Positions 54,995 through 64,000 of a stretch of 64,000 bases of DNA are shown one piece after another. Below the pieces are notes generated by a model that worked only from the letters and a program-made list of their open reading frames with translations, searched no databases and was not told where the DNA came from. The stretch comes from Candidatus Roizmanbacteria bacterium (GTDB taxonomy: Bacteria > Patescibacteriota > Microgenomatia > UBA1406). The position numbers and the translations under genes were made by a program. Numbering within the stretch: position 1 is the first letter of the stretch; every line of letters starts with the position of its first letter. The stretch lies in assembly GCA_024654535.1 (NCBI GenBank), contig JANLHL010000038.1:169581-233580 (forward strand), given 5' to 3'.

Positions 54995-57900
54995 ATGGAC
55001 GAACCCACTACTCAAAAAGAAGTATTAAAGGATGAGGTCGCTGTACAAGAAGAACAGCCTAAAGAACCTGTGCAGGAAGCAGTTGCCGTAGAAGAGCAAG
55101 TGTCTGTTGAAGGGGATGCTGTCGTTGAAGAAAAGGTCGTTATAGAAGGGCAAACGCAGGAAAAACCATACGATGCCGATTTTTTTAAGGCTCTTCGACT
55201 TATTTTAGCTTCGCCTCAGGATATCATCGATCGTTCACATGGTGAAGTAACAAAAGCAGAAACTATCAATTATCGTACATTTAAAGCAGAAAAAGATGGA
55301 TTATTTGATGAAAGAATATTTGGACCGACAAAAGATTATGAGTGCTACTGTGGAAAGTACCGACGTATTCGATATAAAGGCATTGTCTGTGACCGCTGTG
55401 GTGTTGAGGTAACCTCTTCCAGCGTTAGGCGTGAGCGCATGGGTCATATCGTACTTGCAGCTCCGGTTTCACACATTTGGTTTTTTAAATCGACAAGCTC
55501 TCCGATGGCACAGGTTCTTGGTATATCCTCTGCTGCGCTTGAACGGATAATCTACTTTGCTCTTTACTTAGTTAAGGATGTTAAAGTCGATGATAGAAAA
55601 ACGTCTGAAGATGTAATTCTTAAGAAACAAAAAGAAACACTTGATGTATTACAGAGATGGTATGTAGAAAGACAAGAAACACTAAAAGTAACAGAAAAAA
55701 AAGAAGCTGATGCATTGAAAAAAAGAATTACTAATAAAGATCAACAGAACATAGCGCTCCGTGAAATTGAGCATAAAAACAAACAACAGAGGATTTCATT
55801 ATCCAACGATTACGCAGAGAAGAAAGCAATTCAAGTTGGGTATTATGACCGTCTTATCAAATTGGTTCGATCAGTGAAACCGATGAGCGTTTTAGAAGAA
55901 GACGACTATTTGGCGCTCTTAGATTTGGGAATTGAAAAGCTCGTTACTGTGGGAATGGGCGCAGAGGTGATACTTGAGGTGTTGAATGACCTAGATCACG
56001 AACAGCTCATGACTTCACTCAACAAGAAACTTGAAAAGGCAAAGGGTGATAGACGCACGAAACTTCTCAAGCGTATTCGTATTATGGAGTCGCTCATGAA
56101 AGTTAAGGTGGATCCAAAATGGATGGTTTTGACTGTATTGCCAATATTGCCTCCAGATTTACGACCAATGGTTCAACTTACGGGAGGTAAATTTGCGACA
56201 AGTGATTTGAACGATTTTTATCGTAGAGTCATCAATCGAAATAACAGGTTAAAACATCTTATTGAATTGGGTGCTCCGAATATTATTCTACGCAATGAAA
56301 AAAGAATGTTACAGGAATCTGTAGACTCTTTAATTGACCTTACTAAGAGTACTGGTCGTGGAAACACACGACTGACTGGTGTCAAAAAGAAGAAGTCTCT
56401 TTCAGATATTTTGAAGGGAAAACAGGGTAGATTCAGACAGAACTTACTTGGTAAACGTGTCGATTATTCAGGACGATCGGTAATTGTTGTCGGGCCTGAA
56501 CTCCGTCTAAATCAATGTGGTTTACCAAAAGAAATGGCACTCGAGTTATTCAAGCCATTTATTTTGAAAGAAATCATTGCACAAGGGTATGCGACAAACA
56601 TAAAGAGTGCTAAGAATTTTTTTGAAGAGAAAAACAAGGTTGTGTATGAAATATTGGAGCACGTAACTAAGGATTATCCTATTTTCCTCAATCGTGCACC
56701 AACGCTGCATAAGTTAGGTATTTTGGCATTTTATCCGGTTTTAACTGACGACATTTCTATACGGCTTCATCCTTGTGTGTGTGCAGGATTTAATGCAGAT
56801 TTTGATGGAGATGCAATGGGAGTTTTTGTTCCACTTTCCACCTCGGCAAAGGAGGAGGCAATTAAATATATGCTGCCAAGTAAAAACCTCATCAAACCTG
56901 CTGATGGTACATTAATTGCTGTGCCTAACAAGGAAATGGTACTCGGTTTGTATTATCTCACCAGTATTGATGCATCACGTTTCGGTGATGAGAAAAAAAC
57001 AGATAAATACTATTCCAACACTCAAGAGGCTTTGTATGCTTATGAGAATGGTTTAGCAGATTTGCGCGAACCAGTGGTAACAAAGTTTAATAACGCATTG
57101 TTAACAACGACTATTGGTCGGATAATTTTAAACCAGCACCTACCTGAGAATATGCGTTTTGTGAACAAAGAGCTAAAAGCGAAAGATGTAAAAGATTTGG
57201 TTATGACCGCATATGAACAATTTGAAGACGATGTTGTTGCTGAATTAATTGACGAATTGAAAGATCTGGGTTTCTGGAGTGCGAGTTTACATGGAGGCGC
57301 ATCTTTCTCTGTCATGGATACTATTATCCATGAAGATAAGGCGAAGATTGTAAATGAAGCAGAACAACAGGTAACTGAAATTGAACAAAATTTTGGTCAA
57401 GGACTGTTGACTCGAGAAGAAAAGCAAGAATTATCTATCAATGTATGGATAGAGACGACGGAGCGATTGGCAGATATGACATGGGATAAATACGAAGAAG
57501 AAAACCCTGTAAAAATAATTATCAAATCAGGTGGTGCCCGTGCTTCTCGTGAACAGTTGAAGCAGATATCGGGTATTAAAGGTTTGGTATATGACCCAAT
57601 GGGTAAGATTGTTGAAATGCCGACAAAATCTAATTATCGAGAAGGTCTTACTATATTTGAATACTTTACTTCTACCCGAGGTGCACGTAAAGGGTTAGCA
57701 GACTCTGCATTAAAAACTGCAGATGCAGGTTATCTAACAAGACGTTTAGTCGACGTTGCACACGAGATGATTATTAAAGAAGAAGACTGTGGTTCTACAG
57801 AAGGCATAGAAATATCTCGTATAGGTTTGCGTGGTGGAAAGTTTTCAGAACGAATACTTGGTCGATACTTAGCCGCAGATGTAAGAAAAAAGACAGGAAT

Positions 57901-58879
57901 AGTTGCAAAAGCAGGAGATTTTATAGATGAACGGTTAGTCGAAAAATTTGAAAAAGAGAATGTTGAAACCGTTATGGTTCGCTCAGCGCTAACCTGTCAG
58001 ACTTCTCGTGGTATTTGCGTGAAGTGTTATGGGAGAGATATGGGTTCAAATAAGAGTATTGCAACTGGAACACCAGTCGGGGTTATTGCTGCACAATCTG
58101 TTGGTGAACCGGGAACACAATTAACTATGCGTGTCCGTCATTTTGGAGGTATCGTTATATCAGACGTTACTCAGGGTTTACCACGTGTAGAAGAACTTTT
58201 TGAAACGCGTACGCCTAAAATCATTTCACCAATTGCAGAAATCGACGGAAAAGTGAGCGTACAAGAAGATCAAGAGAATGATATGTATAACGTACGAATT
58301 AATTCGGTAAAGGGTGATGATTCTCGTGAATATATTATTCCATTGTCCCAGAAATTACACGTTAAGAATGGTCAACTTATTGCTAAAGGATATCAACTCA
58401 GCGAAGGATATCTCAAGCTTAAAGAGGTACTTGAAATTAAAGGTATGCGTGCAGCTCAGCTCTATTTACTTCACGAAGTACAAAATGTATATGAATCTCA
58501 AGGAATAGGCATTCACGATAAGCATTTTGAGGTCATAATAAAGAAAATGAGTGACAAGACCATCGTAGAAGATGAAGGTGATACTGGACTTTTGGTTGGG
58601 GAAGTGGTGAATAAGGATGGTCTTATTGCAGAAAATAAGAAAGTAGTTGCTAAAGGTGGAAAGCCTGCCAGTGGTAAAGCAACTATTATGGGTGTGACGC
58701 GAGCCGCAGTCCAAACAGATTCATGGCTATCTGCTGCATCGTTCCAAAACACGACCACAGTGTTGACTAGTGCGGCAATTCGTGGTCAAGTAGACTATTT
58801 GTATGGTCTTAAAGAAAATGTTATAATCGGAAGATTGATACCAGTCACGAAGGAACTCATAGACACGTATTATGGGTAA
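54995..58879 (+). CDS. rpoC: DNA-directed RNA polymerase subunit beta' (with ~58-aa acidic N-terminal extension)
   Basis: It has the zinc motif YECYCGKYRRIRYKGIVCDRCGVEV, the catalytic NADFDGD, and the trigger loop/bridge helix regions. Confidence 0.97.
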   Translation: MDEPTTQKEVLKDEVAVQEEQPKEPVQEAVAVEEQVSVEGDAVVEEKVVIEGQTQEKPYDADFFKALRLILASPQDIIDRSHGEVTKAETINYRTFKAEKDGLFDERIFGPTKDYECYCGKYRRIRYKGIVCDRCGVEVTSSSVRRERMGHIVLAAPVSHIWFFKSTSSPMAQVLGISSAALERIIYFALYLVKDVKVDDRKTSEDVILKKQKETLDVLQRWYVERQETLKVTEKKEADALKKRITNKDQQNIALREIEHKNKQQRISLSNDYAEKKAIQVGYYDRLIKLVRSVKPMSVLEEDDYLALLDLGIEKLVTVGMGAEVILEVLNDLDHEQLMTSLNKKLEKAKGDRRTKLLKRIRIMESLMKVKVDPKWMVLTVLPILPPDLRPMVQLTGGKFATSDLNDFYRRVINRNNRLKHLIELGAPNIILRNEKRMLQESVDSLIDLTKSTGRGNTRLTGVKKKKSLSDILKGKQGRFRQNLLGKRVDYSGRSVIVVGPELRLNQCGLPKEMALELFKPFILKEIIAQGYATNIKSAKNFFEEKNKVVYEILEHVTKDYPIFLNRAPTLHKLGILAFYPVLTDDISIRLHPCVCAGFNADFDGDAMGVFVPLSTSAKEEAIKYMLPSKNLIKPADGTLIAVPNKEMVLGLYYLTSIDASRFGDEKKTDKYYSNTQEALYAYENGLADLREPVVTKFNNALLTTTIGRIILNQHLPENMRFVNKELKAKDVKDLVMTAYEQFEDDVVAELIDELKDLGFWSASLHGGASFSVMDTIIHEDKAKIVNEAEQQVTEIEQNFGQGLLTREEKQELSINVWIETTERLADMTWDKYEEENPVKIIIKSGGARASREQLKQISGIKGLVYDPMGKIVEMPTKSNYREGLTIFEYFTSTRGARKGLADSALKTADAGYLTRRLVDVAHEMIIKEEDCGSTEGIEISRIGLRGGKFSERILGRYLAADVRKKTGIVAKAGDFIDERLVEKFEKENVETVMVRSALTCQTSRGICVKCYGRDMGSNKSIATGTPVGVIAAQSVGEPGTQLTMRVRHFGGIVISDVTQGLPRVEELFETRTPKIISPIAEIDGKVSVQEDQENDMYNVRINSVKGDDSREYIIPLSQKLHVKNGQLIAKGYQLSEGYLKLKEVLEIKGMRAAQLYLLHEVQNVYESQGIGIHDKHFEVIIKKMSDKTIVEDEGDTGLLVGEVVNKDGLIAENKKVVAKGGKPASGKATIMGVTRAAVQTDSWLSAASFQNTTTVLTSAAIRGQVDYLYGLKENVIIGRLIPVTKELIDTYYG

Positions 58880-58914
58880 GGTGTTTTGTATTTATATTAA
58901 ATTTTGATTAAACA

Positions 58915-59334
58915 GTGCCAACAATAAACCAACTGATTAGAAAAGGTAGAAAAGAAAAAACAATGAAAACAAAGACGCTTGCTTTGAAGCGATCTTTTAA
59001 TCATAACACCGGTAGATATACTGCAAATCCAGCTCCCCTAAAGAAGGGTGTTTGTGTTATTGTTCGTACTATGACACCAAAAAAGCCAAACTCGGCACTA
59101 CGAAAAGTAGCTCGTGTTCGCTTGACTAATAAGATGGAGGTGACAGCATATATTCCAGGTATAGGACATAATTTAGCAGAGCACTCCATTGTACTAGTAC
59201 GCGGCGGCCGTGTTAAAGATTTGCCTGGTGTAAAGTACCATATAGTCCGCGGTGTGTTTGATACAGCAGGCGTAGAATCACGAAAGACGTCCCGTTCGAA
59301 GTACGGTATGAAAAAACCATCAAGTTCAGCATAA
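58915..59334 (+). CDS. rpsL: 30S ribosomal protein S12
   Basis: It starts with GTG, and the sequence [11 protein letters not shown]...[16 protein letters not shown]...[13 protein letters not shown] matches S12. Confidence 0.95.
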   Translation: MPTINQLIRKGRKEKTMKTKTLALKRSFNHNTGRYTANPAPLKKGVCVIVRTMTPKKPNSALRKVARVRLTNKMEVTAYIPGIGHNLAEHSIVLVRGGRVKDLPGVKYHIVRGVFDTAGVESRKTSRSKYGMKKPSSSA

Positions 59335-59337
59335 ACC

Positions 59338-59814
59338 ATGCCACGAAGAAGTTATAAAAAAAGAACCATAGCTAAAGATCCAATATATGACAGTTTTGTT
59401 ATTGCAAAGCTGATAAATCTGATTATGGAAGGAGGCAAAAAGACTATCGCAAGTGCAATAGTATATGGTGTTTTAGATGAGATTAAAAAAGAGAAAAAAA
59501 TTGAGCCCATAATTCTCATTGACACTGCAGTAGAAAATGTTGCCCCAATACACATAGTAAGACCTCGAAGAGTTGGTGGTGCATCATACATGGTTCCGAG
59601 AGAAGTTACCCCACATCATAGAGTATTTTTGGCGCTTCGTTGGTTAGTTGATGCTGCAAGAACACGCAATAATAAAGAATATTCAACGTTTCATAAAAAA
59701 TTGAAAGCCGAGCTTTTAGATGCCTTTGATAAAAAGGGAAACGCTTTTGATAAAAAAACTCAATCTGAAAAGTTAGCAGAAGCAAACAAGGTATTTGCTC
59801 ACTTTAACTGGTAA
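59338..59814 (+). CDS. rpsG: 30S ribosomal protein S7
   Basis: [19 protein letters not shown]...[11 protein letters not shown]...[12 protein letters not shown] matches S7. Confidence 0.95.
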   Translation: MPRRSYKKRTIAKDPIYDSFVIAKLINLIMEGGKKTIASAIVYGVLDEIKKEKKIEPIILIDTAVENVAPIHIVRPRRVGGASYMVPREVTPHHRVFLALRWLVDAARTRNNKEYSTFHKKLKAELLDAFDKKGNAFDKKTQSEKLAEANKVFAHFNW

Positions 59815-61928
59815 TGGCAACCCCGGTCAGTGTGATAACCACAGATAGAAATGTACCATTGGATAAGATTAGAAATATCGGCATTATTGCGCATATAGAC
59901 GCTGGTAAAACTACTACCACTGAACGTATTCTTTTTTATACAAACCGCTCCTATAAGATAGGTGATATAGATGATGGAACGACCGTAATGGATTGGATGG
60001 AGCAGGAGAGAGAACGTGGTATTACTATCGTGTCTGCAGCAACGACAACCTTTTGGCGAGACGTACGTATTAATATCATTGACACTCCTGGACACGTTGA
60101 TTTTACTGCCGAAGTAGAGCGATCACTACGTGTTTTAGATGGGGCTGTTGTAGTATTTGATGCAGAAGAAGGTGTACAATCGCAATCTGAGACAGTATGG
60201 CGACAGGCAGATAAATATAAAGTACCTCGTGTCTGTTTCATAAACAAAATGGATAAGCTTGGTGCTAATTTTACTGGAACAGTAGAGCAGATTCGCACGA
60301 TGCTTGGTGTTACCGCCGTTCCTGTGACGATCCCAATTGGAAAAGAATCCGATTTTGTCGGTGTAATTCATTTGTTAAAGATGAAGGCTATTTACTGGGA
60401 TCAGGACAAAGAGGGTACAAAGTTCACTGAAAAAGAAATACCGCAAGAATATGTAGAAGTAGCACAAAAAGCAAAAGCAGAATTGATTGAAAAGGTAAGC
60501 GAACACGACGATATACTACTCGAAAAGTTCCTCAACGAAGAGGATATTAGCATGGATGAGCTTATGGCAGGCCTTAGACGCGCTACAATAAGCTATAAGG
60601 TAGTTCCTGTATATTGTGGCACTAGTTTGCGCAATAAAGGAGTACAGCCTCTACTAGACGGTGTTGTTGACTTCTTGCCTTCACCTGTGGACTTAAAAGA
60701 AATAGAAGGTGTGAATCCAAAAACATCCGCTATAGAAAAGCGTCAGCTAGTAGCAGAAGAAAAGCTTTGTATGCTTGCGTTCAAATTACAACTTGATACT
60801 CACGTTGGGAAAATCACCTATGCACGAATATATTCAGGCACTATAAACGCAGGTTCATATATATATAACACTCGCCAAAATATACGCGAAAGAATAGGGC
60901 GTTTACTTATAATGCACGCCAATCAACGTGAAGAAGTAGATAAGGCATATGCGGGTGAGATTGTCGCACTTGTCGGGCCAAAAAAAACAAAGACTGGCGA
61001 CACTCTTGTTGATGAAGCTGCTCCAATATCGCTCGAATCTATAAAATTTCCAGAGCCGGTTATTTCATTGGCAGTTGAACCAAAAACAAAATCTGATCAG
61101 GAAAAAATGGGCACTGTCATTCAAAAATTTTTAGATGAAGATCCAACACTACAGGTAAAGTTTAATCACGATACTGGGCAAACTATTATTTCAGGTATGG
61201 GAGAGCTGCATCTAGACATATTTGTTGATCGTATGCGAAGAGAATATAAGATGAATGTGAATGTTGGACAGCCACAGGTTGCATATAGAGAAACCATACA
61301 GTCAGAGGTAGCTGCAGAAGGTAAGTATATTCATCAATCGGGTGGACGTGGTCAATATGGACACTGCTTAATTCGCTTAAAACCACTAGCACGAGGTGAA
61401 GGCTTTAAATTTGTGAATGCTGTAAAGGGTGGTTCAATTCCAAATGAGTTTATTGGTTCTGTAGAAAAAGGAATTAAAGAAGCTATGGATAAAGGTGTAC
61501 TAGCAGGATATCCTATCGTTGACCTTGAAGCGCAGTTGTACGATGGTACGTATCACGATGTAGACTCTTCAGATATAGCGTTTAAAATAGCAGGTTCCAT
61601 GGCACTGAAAAGTGGTACACAAAAAGCTGGGCTTTCATTGATTGAGCCAATTATGAAAATAGAGGTGACGGTACCAGAAGATAATATGGGGACAGTCATC
61701 GGCGACTTATCAAGTAAGCGTGCAAAAATAGTAGCTACAAAAAAAAGAGGAGATTCAACTATTATTGATGCGTACGCACCCTTAGCTGAGCTATCTGGCT
61801 ATGCAACACGAGTACGTTCATTGACCCAAGGTAGAGGAATATTCTACATGGAACCGTCATACTATGAAGAAGTACCAAAAGCCATTCAGGACAAGATTGT
61901 GTCAGAAAGAATGGGAAACAGGAACTAA
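59814..61928 (+). CDS. fusA: Elongation factor G
   Basis: Motifs seen: [21 protein letters not shown] and NKMD, within a 704-aa five-domain layout. TAATG overlap with rpsG. Confidence 0.95.
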   Translation: MATPVSVITTDRNVPLDKIRNIGIIAHIDAGKTTTTERILFYTNRSYKIGDIDDGTTVMDWMEQERERGITIVSAATTTFWRDVRINIIDTPGHVDFTAEVERSLRVLDGAVVVFDAEEGVQSQSETVWRQADKYKVPRVCFINKMDKLGANFTGTVEQIRTMLGVTAVPVTIPIGKESDFVGVIHLLKMKAIYWDQDKEGTKFTEKEIPQEYVEVAQKAKAELIEKVSEHDDILLEKFLNEEDISMDELMAGLRRATISYKVVPVYCGTSLRNKGVQPLLDGVVDFLPSPVDLKEIEGVNPKTSAIEKRQLVAEEKLCMLAFKLQLDTHVGKITYARIYSGTINAGSYIYNTRQNIRERIGRLLIMHANQREEVDKAYAGEIVALVGPKKTKTGDTLVDEAAPISLESIKFPEPVISLAVEPKTKSDQEKMGTVIQKFLDEDPTLQVKFNHDTGQTIISGMGELHLDIFVDRMRREYKMNVNVGQPQVAYRETIQSEVAAEGKYIHQSGGRGQYGHCLIRLKPLARGEGFKFVNAVKGGSIPNEFIGSVEKGIKEAMDKGVLAGYPIVDLEAQLYDGTYHDVDSSDIAFKIAGSMALKSGTQKAGLSLIEPIMKIEVTVPEDNMGTVIGDLSSKRAKIVATKKRGDSTIIDAYAPLAELSGYATRVRSLTQGRGIFYMEPSYYEEVPKAIQDKIVSERMGNRN

Positions 61929-61944
61929 TATTCTGCAAGAAATA

Positions 61945-62005
61945 TCCAATATCCAATTTCAAATGAATGTCAAAGTTCCAATGTCCAATGTAAAAATTTG
62001 ACATT
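61945..62005. repeat. Four TCCAAT copies in two tandem pairs, plus a 9-bp inverted repeat, in the fusA/DUF192 convergent gap
   Basis: TCCAAT occurs at 61945, 61952, 61977 and 61984. The inverted repeat is aatgtcaaa (61966-74) with tttgacatt (61997-62005). Confidence 0.5.
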
Positions 62006-62010
62006 AGGAT

Positions 62011-62457
62011 TTACTTTTCAAGTGCAACTTTCTGCCCTTTTTGAATATTCCACCTTTTTATAAAGCCAGATCGTACTTCTACAACCCCATCAAAAGCGAC
62101 TGGCGAGTTCACTATGGCAATTTCGCCGTTATTATGAGCGGGTGAAGGTATGTCTGTTATGTTGTTAACAACTGTATTATCTTTTATATATATAAAGTCC
62201 AGATCGTACTGCATATCTTTCATCCAAAATGTATAACTATCGGGTGTCGAAAAGATAAAATACATTCCCTCATCGTTGCCGAGTGTCGTATTGTTCGATA
62301 AACCCTGCTCTCTCTTTTTATCGGTATCTGCTATAGTTACAGCGAATGTGTGTGAGCCAATAGTGAGTGTTTGTATGTTGTTTTTATTTCCTTTTGTGGC
62401 AAAGACTGCTACAATAGCTAGAACGGTGCCTAGTAATAGTACGATACGCCGTTTCAT
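62011..62457 (-). CDS. DUF192-domain protein with N-terminal anchor
   Basis: ADTDKKREQGLSNNTTLGNDEGMYFIF...FWMKDMQYDLDFIYI is the DUF192 signature. I start at ATG 62457 (MKRRIVLL) to avoid overlap with the divergent FemX-like gene. Confidence 0.7.
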   Translation of the reverse strand: MKRRIVLLLGTVLAIVAVFATKGNKNNIQTLTIGSHTFAVTIADTDKKREQGLSNNTTLGNDEGMYFIFSTPDSYTFWMKDMQYDLDFIYIKDNTVVNNITDIPSPAHNNGEIAIVNSPVAFDGVVEVRSGFIKRWNIQKGQKVALEK

Positions 62458-62476
62458 ATATATAGTGTATACCATA

Positions 62477-63505
62477 ATGACAACTTTAATCGCCAAAGAC
62501 ACAGATAAAAAAATATGGTGCAGTGATCATCCTTTGCAATCGTGGGAATGGGGAGAGGTTCGAAAAAAAGTTGGAATACATGTCGTTCGTTTTATTACAA
62601 AAGACGAAGATAAAAGACGTTTTTTTACGGTCACAATTCATCCAATCGGTTTTGGGAAAACGATAGCCTATTTAGCAAGAAGCGAATGGCCAACCAATAC
62701 GGAGTTGAAATATATGGTCTCTGTATTGCAATCACAGAACGCAATAGCATTAAAACTCGAACCAGACCTGTACATTGAGCAATCTGGTGAGTATCATATT
62801 CCACTTTTGTATAAACATTGGAATAGTAATGGACTGGAGTTTGTCCGTTCGAGCGCTTCTATTTTTGGCAAGCATACTTTTCTTGTAGATCTGACTCCTT
62901 CTGAAGTGGAAATGTTAAAACGTATGAAACAAAAAACACGCTACAATATTCGGGTTGCTCAAAAACATGGCGTTTCTATAAAAGATGTTAGCAATTCAAA
63001 AGAAGGATTTGATATTTTTTTCTCGCTTTATCAGGATACGCAACACAGGCAAAAATATTTAGGTCATGGGGAAAACTATCATAGGGCTGTATGGGATGGG
63101 ATGAAAGAAAAATATAGTAAGCTATTTGTGGCGTTTTATAATGATCAACCACTTGCGGCGTATCATATGATGTACAGTGATACGCGCGCTTTTTATGTAT
63201 ATGGAGGCACAAGCTCAAAACAGAAGCAAGTAATGGCGTCAAATCTACTTATGTGGGAAGTAATACGTGACGCGAAAAAACAAGGTAAACGATACTTTGA
63301 CATGTGGGGAGCTTTGCCAGAAAATTTTGATCCAAAAGATCCGTGGGCGGGGTTTCATCGCTTTAAAGAAGGGTATGGTGGTAGACACATGACCTATATG
63401 CCAACAATAGATGTAGTTATCGAAAAGCCATGGTATATGTTATTTTCACTTGCTTGGCCAATTCGCAATAAATTGTTAGAATTAAAGTCTACACTAAAAC
63501 ATTAA
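62477..63505 (+). CDS. FemAB-family peptidoglycan interpeptide-bridge aminoacyltransferase (FemX-like)
   Basis: Motifs seen: LQSWEWGEVRKKVG, KQKTRYNIRVAQKHG, AYHMMYSDTRAFYVYGGTS, and NLLMWEVIRDAKKQGKRYFDMWGA. The start is taken at ATG 62477 rather than the ORF-track 62276. Confidence 0.75.
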   Translation: MTTLIAKDTDKKIWCSDHPLQSWEWGEVRKKVGIHVVRFITKDEDKRRFFTVTIHPIGFGKTIAYLARSEWPTNTELKYMVSVLQSQNAIALKLEPDLYIEQSGEYHIPLLYKHWNSNGLEFVRSSASIFGKHTFLVDLTPSEVEMLKRMKQKTRYNIRVAQKHGVSIKDVSNSKEGFDIFFSLYQDTQHRQKYLGHGENYHRAVWDGMKEKYSKLFVAFYNDQPLAAYHMMYSDTRAFYVYGGTSSKQKQVMASNLLMWEVIRDAKKQGKRYFDMWGALPENFDPKDPWAGFHRFKEGYGGRHMTYMPTIDVVIEKPWYMLFSLAWPIRNKLLELKSTLKH

Positions 63506-63523
63506 AAGTGAAGGAAAACACAT

Positions 63524-63868
63524 ATGATAACTACCCAATGTCCTGATTGTAAGGGTTTACTTGAAGAGGGTGCGATTTTGGATTTTACATACGGTAGCGT
63601 GATGGTTGAGAGATATGCAAAGACACAAATACCAACGAACAAAAAGGGAATACAAGGAATGAAGTGGGTCCATGAGGGTCAATTCAATGACCTAAGGAGA
63701 GTAATTTCAAAAAGATGTATGTCGTGCAATCGTATTTTTCACTATGCACAAGACGAAATATTGATACAGAATCTAAATGCAAACACCAATAAAACCATGC
63801 TTATTATTACGACAATACTGTTTGTTGTTATGATAGTTGGATTTATAATCTCAATGGCAAGTTGGTAA
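63524..63868 (+). CDS. Hypothetical zinc-ribbon protein with C-terminal TM anchor
   Basis: It has CPDC...CMSC (two CxxC pairs) and a C-terminal helix (MLIITTILFVVMIVGFIISM). It is one of the few genes with an SD-like GAAGGA upstream. Confidence 0.45.
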   Translation: MITTQCPDCKGLLEEGAILDFTYGSVMVERYAKTQIPTNKKGIQGMKWVHEGQFNDLRRVISKRCMSCNRIFHYAQDEILIQNLNANTNKTMLIITTILFVVMIVGFIISMASW

Positions 63869-63885
63869 ACCACTTTTTGACTTTG

Positions 63886-64000
63886 TTATAACAGATTATC
63901 TGGATATAATCGATCCTCTTTAGCCTTTTTTACAAGTTGTAATGCTTCCTTTTCTTGTATTCCATTTTGAATTGTAATTTCTTTTGGGTGTCTATTAGCA
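63886..64000 (-). CDS. 3' end of an unidentified minus-strand ORF running off the window
   Basis: The reverse strand reads ...ANRHPKEITIQNGIQEKEALQLVKKAKEDRLYPDNLL*. It is open to the window edge and too short to classify. Confidence 0.3.
   Translation of the reverse strand, partial: ANRHPKEITIQNGIQEKEALQLVKKAKEDRLYPDNLL

Noticed and set aside
1-64000. Alternative genetic code (UGA as Gly or Trp, as in some CPR/Mycoplasma lineages), CRISPR arrays, and mobile elements.
   Set aside because: Conserved genes terminate at TGA where homology ends (valS, rpmH), and no in-frame TGA interrupts any conserved domain. I noticed no regularly spaced repeats, transposase or integrase motifs.

Overview
This is a 64-kb, gene-dense, low-GC bacterial chromosome segment with about 58 protein genes. 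It reads cleanly with the standard code: TGA acts as a stop and nothing suggests code 4 or 25. Most of the content is housekeeping:
- rpoB-rpoC-rpsL-rpsG-fusA, rpsO-pnp, valS-rpmH-era, gltX, aspS, ftsH, ftsK, sufC-sufB-sufD-sufU and tdh-kbl.
- tsaD next to a TsaC-TsaE fusion.
- An envelope set: class A PBP, sortase, D-Ala-D-Ala carboxypeptidase, FemX-like protein, GT2 and GT4, and two large polytopic GT-C/YYY-type proteins.

I saw no rRNA, tRNA, CRISPR array, transposase or integrase. Trimmed aminoacyl-tRNA synthetases, domain fusions, a T4SS-pilin-like small protein and near-absence of Shine-Dalgarno sequences suggest a reduced-genome Patescibacteria/CPR-like organism. That lineage call is inference only.

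The items most worth a second look:
1. A ClpC-type AAA+ unfoldase carries four tandem ~60-aa repeats exactly where the ClpP-docking loop normally sits. It also has a C-terminal zinc ribbon and a Q/P-rich N-terminal extension.
2. The 340-bp gap after era holds a promoter-plus-terminator unit for a leaderless 22-codon sORF. This is followed by a terminator/antiterminator leader in front of a GC-richer tandem GNAT-like gene that is translationally coupled to an M20 deacylase.
3. At 16 operon heads a -10 box ends 5-8 nt before the ATG, which implies leaderless mRNAs. This geometry also corrects several ORF-track starts.
4. The remainder are a TsaC-TsaE fusion, an AspRS without the GAD insertion, a C-terminally truncated ValRS, an RHH-nucleotidyltransferase fusion, an unlisted rpmH, and an orphan Pol-beta-type NTase beside a DUF488-like gene remnant.

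All family assignments come from motif reading by eye. No database search was run.
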